Assembly: GCF_001194135.2 (NCBI RefSeq) | Contig: NC_068981.1 | Span: forward strand, 159,794,098 to 159,858,097 | DNA: 64,000 bases | From: Octopus bimaculoides | Taxonomy: Eukaryota | Reading direction: 5' to 3' | Shown: in pieces, positions 1-13,292 of the stretch | How positions within the stretch are numbered: the stretch's first letter is position 1 | Layout: every line of letters starts with the position of its first letter | Notes under the pieces: model-generated | Database searches by the model: none | The model's input: the letters and a program-made list of their open reading frames with translations, nothing else | Told to the model about the DNA's origin: nothing | Made by a program: the position numbers and the translations under genes

Positions 1-291
1 TCATGGCCTAGAAGCCACAGCACACAATCTGAAGATGATTTATACTGATTTCTTAGAAGGAAGCAAAAGTTCCAGTCATTTCAGAGTTGTCCCTCTTGGT
101 ATCTAATACTGATGAGAGCATATAAAGATCAAAATGCGTATCCTACTTCATAGGAAGCTCTCTAAAATAACTTCAGTGTTTTACACTTTTTGTCTAAAGT
201 GAGAACTTTTCTCCCTAGCAAACTGCAGTGAAACTGGCTGTTTTACAAGTCAAATATGTCTCAAACATATTTGAACTGCCTGAAAAATGTG

Positions 292-314
292 TTTATTTAA
301 AAATTACTTTTATT
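292..314 (-). terminator. Candidate polyadenylation signals of CDK10 (two AATAAA)
   Basis: TTTATT on the + strand at 292-297 and 309-314, 65-90 nt downstream of the stop. Confidence 0.5.
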
Positions 315-379
315 TTAATTTACTGAATATTAGAGATAGAAATATAACCAAAAAAAATTCGATAAAAGTTGTCAATATC

Positions 380-462
380 TTACTTCTCTTCAATTTTTCT
401 AGGTGCAGCTCTTCTCTTCAGACGGTGCTGTGGAAATGATGGCATCATGCCTGGATCACATG
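380..462 (-). CDS. CDK10: CDK10 coding exon 14, terminal ([27 protein letters not shown])
   Basis: CAG acceptor; TAA at 382-380; AATAAA hexamers on the minus strand at 309-314 and 292-297. Confidence 0.9.
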
Positions 463-544
463 CTGGAAGTATAATATTATGGAACAGTGCTTAATGATTT
501 AAAAGAATATAAAAAAAATAGCAGAATATACTTTAAAATTTAAA

Positions 545-630
<86 letters not shown>

Positions 631-3600
631 TAATAAGGTGCCTTAGGTATAATAAAAAATATTCAGACAAATACATAACAAAAACACCAGGACTTACAAA
701 TATATATAACATACAGAAAATTGCACTACTGGGCACTGCACACATCCTACATAAAACACTTTCAATACAGTAACCATAAGAGCATCACAGCAAACCACAG
801 CACATACCCAAGGCACACAGAGCTGCGCTCGGTAGTGAAGTGAAAGCACGTTATAAAAATAAAACTACTGAATAATAACAATAATAATAATAATAATAAT
901 AACAATCATCGTCGTTTTAAGGTCTACTTTTCCAACCATAATCAATCAACCATAATACTGTTTCAAATATTTGTAGCCCTTAGTCAAAGACGACTGTGAG
1001 TAATGTAGGGAAGCAGACATCCAGAAGATCTGGCTATATGGAAACTGAACTGGAGGAGATCATTGGGAGGGATTGAAACTAAAGGTTATAAAGCAGGCAG
1101 TCATTTATGTCAGCCTACATTATATATGAGATCTTAGAACTGAAGATAGTAAGTTGGTAGCTAGCAGAGTCAGAAAGATTATATTTTGGAAGAGTATGAG
1201 ATACATCAATGTAAATAGGATAGGTGAGTTATTATTAATTATGAATACATGATTTGTGGAGACAAAACTGTAATACTTTCAATACTCAACACCAAACAAA
1301 CAGCAATCAAATAATACTTTTAGTACAAAATGAATGATAATTTATTTATTTATCGATTTATTTATATGGGATTTGACTACAGAGAACATGTGACAGCTTT
1401 TAAGAAATGAAAATAGCATGCTTTGCTAGATGGTTAATGTCAGTGTGCATGTATGACAAACTGTAAATAATTTAAAAGAAAAATTGGGTATAACAGGCAA
1501 CAGATGTAGTGTGCAAGAGAGAAAATTGTGCTGGTGTGGTCATATGAGGCATATGGATGAGTACAGCCACATAAAGAAATACCAAACTCTAATTATGGGG
1601 GAACCAGTGGAAGACCTAGGAAGATGTGAGACAAAGTGGTGAGAAAGGATTTTCAGATGTTGAGCCTCCCTGAGGAGATGACAAGGGACCAAGACTTCTG
1701 GCAAATTGTTGTGCTTGAGAAGACATGTTGAGCTAAGTAAAATATATAAAGACAAGCATGTTCTTTACAGTTGTCTCCCACTCTCTCTCTCAGCCAAGAA
1801 TCTTGGTCTTGCAAGCTTGTGGGTGCTGGTGCCACATAGAAAACACCTGTTTCCGTGCCATGTAAAAAGCACTTATACCAGTGTCACATAAAAAATACCT
1901 GTGCTGGTTCAACATAAAAATCGTCCATGCTGGTGCCATATAGAAAACACCCATGCCAGTGCCACATAGAAAGTACCTGTACCGGTGCTACATGGAAAAC
2001 ACTTGTGCCAGTGCCATGTAGAAAGTACCCATGCCAGTGCCACATAATAGCACTGGTGCTGGTGCCACATAAAAAGCACACAGTACATTCTATAAAATGG
2101 TTAACATTGGGAAGGGCATCCAGTCATAGAATCTATGCCAAAACAGACAATTAGAGCTTGGTGCAGCTCTCTGGCAAGCCAGCTCCTGTCACACCATCCA
2201 ATCCATGCTGGCATAGAAAACAAACATTAAATGATGATGATGGTATCACTAATGTCAAGTTTTTGTTTTCTAAGTTCAGTCAGTTGTAGACCTTTATAAT
2301 TAATGGATGAGATAATGTAGCACTAGTAAAGCAAAAGTTGCTTCACTATAATTATTTCAGTACCTCAATGTCTGGGTTTCATATCTTACAAAGATTCACT
2401 GTTTTTCATTTCCCCTGAAATGTAGTACAGGTACTGAACCTCTTATCCGGCAACCTTGGGACCGGAGGTGATCCGGATTCCTGGATTTTCCGGATTTCTG
2501 GACACAGGCTAAATATATAATAAATATAAAATAAACAACGAAAAGTAAAGAACAAACTTGTATAACATTTACAAATTAATACATTTCTAAAGCAGGGTCT
2601 GCTTGATCTTTATTAAGCCACTTAAAAATTCTTAAAACCAAGTCAAAGCAGCCATGCAGCGAACTGCTACAGCCCGTTAAATTCAAAGCTAGTCAGTTTC
2701 AAAAATAGCCAGATTTCTGCTAATTCTGGATTTCTGGATTCCGGATAAGAGGTTTGGTACCTGTAACATAATTGCCGATAATATACAAGAAAAATAATCA
2801 AATTTTCTTAACTAATCCCTTTTTTTTGTATTTAAAGAAATCAATTATTATGAATCTATTGAATTAATTCAAAGTGCATAGTAATTTTACGTGAAATTAA
2901 TAACCTCAGTTCAATTCTTACCAAACCCCAAATGATTAGGAATGGTGTGCATTTTCCAAGATATTGTAGAATGGAAAAAGAAAAATTCTACAAGCACTTT
3001 ATCAGAGTTTTTACACTGATCCCCACCAAAAATGGAATTTATTACTGAAGAGTAATTGATATATTTTAGTAACAAATATACATACGGTATGGCTGTTCCT
3101 TGAAGTAAGAACTCTCAAGGCAATCTTCAGCAGTGGCCCTAGAAATAAAAATGTTGCCAAGAAATAGAAATTTGAAATTGATATTAATAATGATTATCAT
3201 TCCATTAAAGATAGTTGTGAATAATTTTTATATATACACCTTATAAGATTACACACACACACACATAGATGTATGTTATAATAACCCTACAAAGTGGATT
3301 ACATACTGATACACAACTCCAAGATTCATTCAATTAGAACGACCTTTACAATCTTGCAAAAATTTTGACTGTTATATATTCTTCTATCAAAGCCCTATGC
3401 TGACCAATGTCTTTAAAGTAGAATTTAGTAGACAAAAACTGAGCAAAAACCTGTCATATGAATAGATTTGTTAATCACTGTTTCTCTATATCAGTAGAGG
3501 CCAAATTTGTCTAAGCATGCAGTTGATAGTGAATACTCGTAACTGATGATACACAAAGATGCAGAAATCTAGACTTAGTACTGTGACTGCTGCTGCTGGA

Positions 3601-5684
3601 CGATTTTCATCTGCTACTGATATATGTCTGTGCTTTATAGCACTATTCATCTATATGTGATGTTTTCTCGAGATGAATACCACAGTTTTAAGGCTTTCTA
3701 CATGATATCCATGTTAAGTAAGGTATACAGACTGCTATTCTGAACAAATACTGCTTCCATCACTAATAACAAATAAAATAAATATAAAAGAATAAGTTTT
3801 GTAAATTCTTACCTCTTATTTGGGTCATACATGAACAAGAAATTCAAAAGACGTATACCTGCTTCAGAGAGCCATGGAAAAGTATGACGTAGATTGTTGT
3901 AACTTTAAGAAAGATAAAATAAGAAACAAACTGAAGCAATTAAAATCTTTTTTAAAATAAATAAAATTTCTATAAATAATACAACATTATTTATAAATAT
4001 GCTAAATTGTATGTCAGTCTTACTTGATATATAGGAACTTGTGTATACAAACAATGTGTATACAAAAGGTGTAGTGAGATTTGTGGCTGACTGACAGAGA
4101 ATTAAGATTTCACATGTAAAAGATAAACAAGGAATTCATGGTAGATGACTTTTGAAAATACGTCCAAGAGTTGTTCAGGTGGTTTTTGACAATTTCAATA
4201 AAATAACCAGACATTCCTGGAATTAATAATTAGCTGCTGGAAACAGGTAGCCAACCATTATTTCATAACTGAATAATTTCAGTCTAATGATAAAAAAGAG
4301 AGAAAAAAAGGTCATAAGAGTGCCTTTGCAAGTACCTGGAATTCTCAGTAGGGTATCTAACTGAAAATTCCACCACCATCATCATCATCATCATCATTTA
4401 ATGTCCGTTGTCCATGCTGGCATAGGTTGCATGGTTTGACTAGAGCTGGCAAGTTGGGGAGCTGCACCAGACTCCAGTCTGATTTGGCATGGTTTCTATG
4501 GCTGGATACCCTTCCTAATGCCAACCATTTTATAGAGTGTGCTGGGTGCGTTTATGTGACATTGCTTGGTTGCTCTTAGATGGTTCCACATGGGCACTTT
4601 TACGCGACACCGCACGGGCACTTTTTTTGTGTGGCACCACCTGGACACTTTTATGTGATGCAGCAAAGGTGCTTTTACATGACACCATCACGAGTGCTTT
4701 ACACCACCAGTAGGATCAGTCTTAAGACTTCTGCTGTGGGGTACAAGTTTTGTTGAGTACGGCCAGGTACCAGGTATTTCTGTCCTTTGTCATATTGCCT
4801 GAAAGGTTCAGCTTCTTGAGATCTGACATCTCATTTTAACAGATATATTTACTAAAATTACATAAAAATATCTTGAAATACTAAAGAGTAAATTCATTCA
4901 ATAAAATCGCCATTGGCTTCAACCACAGCCTCCAGACGACTTCGGAATCTCCTGCAACTCTTCTGGACAGTCTCCTTGTTTAAGTTGGCGAATGCTGCCA
5001 TAATCCTTGCCTTCAGTTCATCTTTGGTGTTACAGGGAGTTTTGTTGGTCTCTCACTCAACTGTGCCCCATGCATAATAATCAAGGGGGTTGCAGTCTGG
5101 GAAGTTAGGTGGCCAGATGTTAGGGGGTGATATGGTTGCAGAAATTGTCTGACAGTCATGACTGGGTTCTCCTGCTTGCATGGCATGGTGCAGAGACCTG
5201 TTGCCAGATATAGGGTCATCCAGCAGCCACCCTCTTGATCCAGGGCAGCACTACCTCCTCCAGGCACTTGATGTAGGCCTCTGTGTTGAGTCTGAGGCCA
5301 TGTGGGAAGATGAATGGAGGCATAATGTCACCACCACTAGTGATCACTCTAAACACCATCACGTTGATTGGATGTTTGATTTTTATCACTCTCAATACAT
5401 GTCCTCAGAATGCACTGTCCTCAGATTGACACCCAAACACTCTGAAATGTTTGTAGTGGAGCTTCTGGCATGAATACCAAGCAATACAGCATGTTGTTTC
5501 CAAATTTCTGGCAGAGTGAATGGTGTCATAGTGCTATTTTTCTCACAGATGGTGCCTAACTGACCCTACTATACTGTGTAATTGACAAAATCAAAAACAA
5601 AGAATGCGCATGCGCGAAATTGAAATTATAAAATGGTGTCAATTTACCCATTGCACCCCGTATATATACATATATGTGTGTGTG

Positions 5685-5725
<41 letters not shown>

Positions 5726-8700
5726 GATGAGCTTCTTTCAGTTTCTTTCAAACAAATCAACTCACAAGGCTTAGGTTGACCTGAGGCTATAGTAGAAGAT
5801 ACTTGGCCAAGGTGCCACGCAGTGGGACTGAACCTGGAACCATATGGTTGAGAAGCAAACTTCTTACCACACAGCCACACCTGCGCCTAAAAATACTTAA
5901 AATCTTTCAAATATATTTTCTATCTGTTTCTCAATAACCAAATGAAAGAATGATTACTGGACACTAATGATTTGGCATGACTGACTAAACATTCAATTTA
6001 TTTTGGCACTGGAGGCACGCACATGCATGCAGGATTATACACATACAGATAGAGAGATGAGAGAGGGCGGGTTTACAATTTATTAATTGAATACAATTGA
6101 CATAAACACACATACACATGAAAAGGAATATGCTCACAGACATAAATGGAGAGAGAATGAAAGAAACATTGAAAGAATGTCTGTGAAATCCACCAGTGTT
6201 GAATCAGCCAAAACAGCTGTGCCAAGACATCTCATACCCAACTAAATCATGCTGACCAGCAAGCAGGCCATGGTCTGATAAATTGTTGTCTGGTACCTAT
6301 CTGAGATTTATTAAGTTACAGTCTGTCTTGTTCCTATATATTCAGGTTCTTACTAAACGCATAATAAAATTTACAAAATTGAACTCACGGTTGATTTTTT
6401 AGAGTAAAATGTTCAAGAGCTGGCAATTTGGACATTCCCTGGTAAAAAGATAAACATATGTATAAGAAATGTTAAATTATAATATTTAAATATGCAAGTA
6501 GAGAGAAGAAAAAGGAAAAAAGTAAAATGTTAGAGGAGCTGTGGTGGAGTTTATGAATCAAATTGATTTGTTTATCAAAAGCAAAATAAAATTTCTCAGT
6601 CATCTTTTTTTTTCCCAATTTAAAATTAGTATTTACTCAGTCTCTTCATTTTGTCTTGTATTCATTTTTGACCTATTTCATCCAAGTTTCTATGCTAGCT
6701 TGGATTCCAAGAATCACGAGAAACTGAATGTTTTAGTCTTTTTATTTGCATATAAATAAAAGGACTAAGCATTTTATAAATGTATACCCTTCCAAATGAT
6801 AATCAACTGAAAGAGGTGGAAGAAATATTTATCTTGAAATTTATGCAAATAGTATCATAAAAATGAAAGAAAAATTAGGAAAAAAATATAAGTATTAAAA
6901 TATGATATAGAAAAAGCTTGTGAGCATTACAGAGAGAGAAAATATATGCTCTGTCACTCTCATTTTTGGTTTCAGTCACTAGACTGTGGACATGTTGAGG
7001 TATCATCTTGAAAGGTTTAGTTGATGAAATTGACCACAGTAGTTACTCTACAGGTCCCCATTTTGTTGAACTGCTAAATTATAGGAATGTAAACAAACCA
7101 AACCAGTTGTCAACTGGTGTTGGGAGAGACAAACACAAACACAAAGGCCACACACGTACATATATATATGATAGATCCATTGCGTGAGCAGAGGAACTGT
7201 AGCATAGAAATTTATGGCTATCATATAATACACACATATACATATATATATAACAAAACAGGAAGTTGGAAAATTTTTTGGTATTATTTTTTCACCATTA
7301 CACATGTTTCATTTACTAATAGGAATTACAAACTTTTACATGTTAGATAAACAAGTAAGAAATTTCCTACCCTACCTACATAATATTATATATACAAATA
7401 TATATATCATCATCATCATCGTTTAATGTCCGCTTTCCATGCTAGCATGGGTTGGATGATTTGACTGAGGACTGGCAAACCAGATGGCTGCACCAGGCTC
7501 CAATCTGATCTGGCAGAGTTTCTACAGCTGGATGCCCTTCTTAACGCTAACTACTCCGAGAGTGTAGTGGGTGTTTTACATGCCACTAGCACGAGGGCCA
7601 GTCAGGCGGTACTGGCAACGGCCACGCTCAAGTGGTGTTTTTTACATGCCACCTGCACAGGAGTCAGTCCAGCGGCANNNNNNNNNNTGGTGTTTTTTAC
7701 ATGCCACCTGCACAGGAGTCAGTCCAGCGGCATTGGCAACAACCTTGCTCGAATGTTTTTTCACGTGCCACCGGTACAAGTGCCAGTAAGGAGACACTGG
7801 TAACGAACACGTTTGAATAGTGCTTTTTGCATGCCACCGGCATGGAAGCCAGTCAGCTGCTCTAGCAGCAATCACGCTTGGATGGTGCTGTTAGCGCTCT
7901 ACTGGCAGGGGTGCCAGTCATCGAATTTGTGAATTTGATTTGATTTCGATTTATATATATATATATGTGTATATATATATATATGACAGGCTTCAGTACA
8001 GTTTCCAGATATCAGATTCACTCATAAGGCATTGGTTGGCCTGTGAGTCTAGTATGAAACATTTGATCAGGTACACACAGTACAACTGACCCTGAAAGCA
8101 CCTGCATGAATTTCTGAATAAAAATTACCTGGCTCTAAATGGGCAATCTAAATTTTCTTTTTATAGGTAGTGTTTCCTGTAGCATTGATGATGATGCTTT
8201 TAAGACAAGTTTTTAATTTGCAATGAGAAAAGATCATTATAAAGACTTTTATTGTTAGCTAAGATGAACTCTAGTCTCACTTGACTATCAAAAAACAAAA
8301 AAGAAGTGAATTACACATGACTTACTGGCCAGATGGCATCATTTGGTGTTCCAAACATCTCAATAATAAGTTCTATTTGATGAATTTCTCCTCTTCCAGG
8401 CAATAGAGGTCGGTGTGCAAGCAACTCACCAAAAATACAACCAACTGACCTGGAAAATAATCATGTATCAAAATGTATTTTTATTTTATATCACAAACCA
8501 CTATACCAACAACAACAACAATCAAAATTTTGTGGGATGGGGCTAGTCAATTACATCAACCCCAGTGCTCAACTGGTACTTATTTTATTGATCCTGAAAG
8601 GATGAAAGGCAAAGTCAACCTTGGCGGAATTGACAATAATAATACTAATAATTCTTCAGTTCTAACTTGTAATTTAAAGTAAGCAAAGGATTCTATAAGG

Positions 8701-10165
8701 CAAAATGCATAAGACTAACAGCTTGTACACTTAAGGTGCAGGCATAGCTGTGTGGTAAGAAGCTTGCTTCCCAAACACATGGTTTTGGGTTCAGTCCAAC
8801 TGTGTGGCACCTTCAGCAAGTGTCTTCTACTATAGCCTTGAGCTAACCATAGACTTGTGAATGGATCTGGTAGACAGAAACTGAAAGAAGCCTGTTGTAT
8901 GTGTGTGTGAGTAAGTGTGTGTCTGTGTGTGTATGGGTTTGCACCTGCGTTTGTCCCTCCCCCACCACTTGACAACCAGTGTTGGTGTGCTTATGTCCCC
9001 GTAACTTAGCAGTTTGGCTAAAGATATTGATAGAACAAGTACCAGGCTTACAAAAAAAAAAAAAATACTGGGGTCAATTCATTCAACTAAAAAACTTCTA
9101 CAAGGTGGTGGTGCCCCAGCATGACTGCAGTCTAATGACTGATGCAAGTAAAAAGAGATAAAAAAGAAAAGGAAAGAATTGGTTCAAAGCTCTGGTCTCC
9201 AAACACCCTTACAATATTTCATGCAAATATTTGTATATAGAAATAATACATTTCTAAATCTCTCATAGAGATTTATGCAGTAGCAGCACGATAAAGTGAT
9301 ATTATGTTGTCAACTTAATGTGACAGTCTCATGAAAGGGAAGAATGCTACTGTTATTTAGCCCTAGGAATATATATATAGGAAATATATATGTTTACAAA
9401 GGCGGATAGGCATCGACAACTAGCAGGCCATGCTACTCCAGACTGACGATGAGCAATGACTCTGAAACTAGTCTCTGGATGCTGGCTTTGTTGGGGGGAG
9501 GTGCTTATCTTCACTTTGAAAACATAAGGACACAGGAAATGTGTCAAGTCCAACAGGAAATGGTGTTTCCTAGGGCTAAATAACAGTAGCATTCTTCCCT
9601 TTCATGGGACTNNNNNNNNNNAGGAAATGTGTCAAGTCCAACAGGAAATGGTGTTTCCTAGGGCTAAATAACAGTAGCATTCTTCCCTTTCATGGGACTG
9701 TCACATTAAGTTGACAACATACTATCACTTTAAATATTTGTATGTTTAGAACAATGCTGGATGGAAATGAAGACAAAAAAAAAATCCCTACCACATATCA
9801 ATGGCTGTTGTTTGAGTTTTTGAGCCAAACAATAATTCTGGGGCACGGTACCTGTTGAAAGAAATAAAGATGTTTTTATCAAACCTTATAATCATTAAAA
9901 TTGAGAATTCATCAAAATTTAATTAAACAGTTCCTTTATATCTTTTAACACCTTTGTGTTTCATAATTACTAAGATAAAATATCTATTTAAATATATCTA
10001 ATATACCAAATTTGAAATTTTCACATAATTTTATATTTCAAAATCTGTAACAGCAACAAAAAAGATCTCTCAATCTCTCATTTTTCGCTTTTCTCATGGT
10101 GAACTTTTCCTTTCTTTCTATACATATGTACCACACTCTCTATAAAAGTATATTAGTCACACTGA

Positions 10166-10196
<31 letters not shown>

Positions 10197-12349
10197 CGCG
10201 CGTGCGTATTCATGTGCATAGGGAGGAGATGGGATACATGGTTACCCAGAGGGAGAGAGAGTTAACAAGAAAGAGGGCAGGAACGGGTGTGCTGATGTAA
10301 AGGAAATACATGGTTACCTAGCCAGAGGTAAGAGCAAGAGAAGGAGGAAGAGAGAGTGATCAAGAATGTGGGCAGAAACAGGTGTGCTGCTGTAGAGGAG
10401 ATACATGGTGGTTACCCAGCCAGAGTGCAGAGCAAGGGAAAAGAGAGAGAGTGGAAGACAACAAGAGTGTAAGAGAGAGCAGGAGAGAGATAGTGAGCTG
10501 TCAGGGTATTTTTGCAAAGAACTGGGATCAGAGCATAGATGGGATGGTTGAGTAAAGAAGAGAGAGGTAAATGGTGACAGGTGCTAGGGCATACCCCAAG
10601 GTATGGAGGTCAGAATATATGTGGCCAGGTATTGCCAAGAGGCATTAGTAGGGAGTGGGCGTGGGAAGTGCTATGACTGGCGAGGACTTGAGTATATAGA
10701 GGGGAGGGGAAGCAAAGGATACAGTGGGTAGAGTAGTGAGGACAGGATTGGGGAGTGGAAGATAATCATAGGGTATGAAGAGGAAATGAGAGGAAAGGAA
10801 GAGATACAGCTTGGGAGATGAAATGTAGATGTAGGTTGCTTTGGTGCAGAAGGATGTGGGAAAATTTTTATTGTTACCTGTGGGTGGAACACAATGCTGA
10901 CGTGGGTGGGTGTACACACACACACACTCCCCTCACATATATGTATACATACACACTCCCCCACACACATATATATACACACACTCCCTCTCACCCATAC
11001 ACACACACACACGCATGCAAATTTTAGATTTGAACATGTTTATATCCATATTTACTAAAGCAAATGCACGTACATATAAATTTATGTGTACATAAAAACC
11101 ATTTTCATGTAGCTATTGATTTTTAGAAATGACACACTTTGCCATAAACTTTTCGTTTGTTTGAGGATGGATGAATGGAGGTAAGAGGACACACTGATTA
11201 CACTAACCTTGTACTTGACTAGTACTTAATTTATCAATCACAGTAAAAGATGAAAGCAAAGTCAAACCCATAGTGGAATTTTATACTCAGAATACGAAGG
11301 GACACAACTAAATAAATGGAGGCATGTGGCTCAGTGATTAAGCTGTTGGACTGACTCATCATTGTAAGATTGTGGTTTCAATTCCTGGACCGGGCAAGGT
11401 GTTGTGTTTTTGAGCAAAACACTTCATTTCACATTAATCTAGTCCACTCACCAGGCAAAAATAAATAATATGGTGAAATTGTGACAGGCCTGGAGATAGA
11501 TAGTGACCCTGCCTAAAAAAAAAAAAAAATGGCAGGGAACTTCTGGACAGACAGGTTATAGGTTGACCTATGTGTTGGGTATTACCTTTTTTTATTACCA
11601 CAACTAAATACAACAAAAAACATGTTTGTCCACACTCCATCCTTACTGTCACCGACTTTTTAGTGTCACTGTTTAACCCAGATCAGCCCTGATCATGTAT
11701 ATCTATGATTAGAGGTATTCTAGCCAAGATTAGTCCAAATTTCAAGCATTATGTATTTCAGTTTACATTATCCAACACACGCTTTTTATAGTATGGTAGA
11801 GTGCAGTTTAAAAGAGATTTGACTGCTATTTCAAGTAGGTGGTGAACTATTTATTTCATAGGTTCAGTCTTCCTGTGTGACATCTTGGGCAAGCATCTTC
11901 TAAAATAGCCTAAGGCTGACTAAAGCCTTTTGAGTGGACTTGGTGGGTGAAAACTGAAAGAAGCCATCATATATATATATATATAATCATCATCATTGTT
12001 TAACATCCGTTTTCCATGCTAGCATGGGTTGGATGATTTGACTGAGGACTGGCAAGCCAGAAGGCTGCACCAGGTTCCAATCTGATCTGGCAGAGTTTCT
12101 ACAGCTGGATGCCCTTCCTAATGCCAAGTGTGTGCCTTTGTGTCTTTGTTTGTCCACCACAATCACTTGACAACTGGTTTTAGTGTGTATACAAGCCAGT
12201 AACTTAGCAGCTTGGTGAAAGAGACCAACAGAATAAGTATTGGGCTTAAAAAAAAAGTACTGGGGTCGATTTGTTTGACAAAAAACTCTTCAAGGCAGTG
12301 CTCCAGCATGGCCCCAATCTACTGACAGAAAGAAGTAAAAGATAAAAGA

Positions 12350-12387
<38 letters not shown>

Positions 12388-13241
12388 TGTATATATATTT
12401 GTGCATGTATATATATGTATGTATATATACACACATGTAAATACATACACAGACACATCTTTTATCTTTTACTTGCTTCAGACATTAAATGCAGCCATAC
12501 TAGGAACTCCCTCAAAGAGCTTTTAGTCAAATGAATTGACCCCAGTACATTTTTTTAAAGCCTGGTACTTATTCTATCAGCCTTAAAAAAACACTTTATC
12601 TCTCACCACTTCCGGTCACTTCAGCCATGTAACCACACACATACTTTTCCTAAACATTTTTTTCCTTCTCTCTGGGCTTTCTTCTCTCCTCTTTCTGACA
12701 AAGGATCATGCTTGAAATGTTATACACCCATCTTTCTTCCATCTTATACTAACCTAATACATTTCACCTGTACGTCCTTTCGACTTTTGCTATGTTGTTA
12801 TTTTTAATTTTCGTTTGTCTACACACACATACGTAATTATAAGATCTAAAGGATCTAAGTGTAGGCAGTTTGTAAGCTTCAAGCAGTTCATAGTAGGTAT
12901 GAAAAAACTATGTTCAGCAACAATAACAATTTATTGGCAAGGGTTGTAAGATTTATCCATACCAAAATGTGGTAAGTTGAAAAAAAATTTTTCATAATAT
13001 CTTCAGCAAGTTAACTTGGGATTTCTTAACAACAGTGTAGCCTTCGTATAATAAAGGTATCTTTGACTTGAAGAGTAGCTAGCAGAGTACTCCTCATTGA
13101 GTAATTATTACATCAGAGGATCTGCCAGCTAAGAAACATATGGAGCCTGAATTTTACCTGATCCACTCCCTCAATTTGGATATATATATATATATATATT
13201 CATACACTCATATATATTTATTTATATATGAACACCAATAT

Positions 13242-13292
<51 letters not shown>

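Noticed and set aside
3543-3580. CTGATGA...GAAA as a hammerhead
   Set aside because: No UH triplet in register, a mismatched stem II and only 3 bp of stem I.
7632-7737. Tandem duplication around the 10-N gap
   Set aside because: Identical sequence on both sides of a 10-N spacer indicates an unmerged contig overlap.
7567-7875. Regularly spaced GTGCCACC-type repeats as a CRISPR-like array
   Set aside because: They are internal repeats of the RTE 3'UTR seen in many dispersed copies, with no unique spacers or cas genes, in a eukaryotic context.
9533-9700. Tandem pLTR repeat around the 10-N gap
   Set aside because: Same artefact pattern; it cannot be counted as a real tandem copy without long reads.
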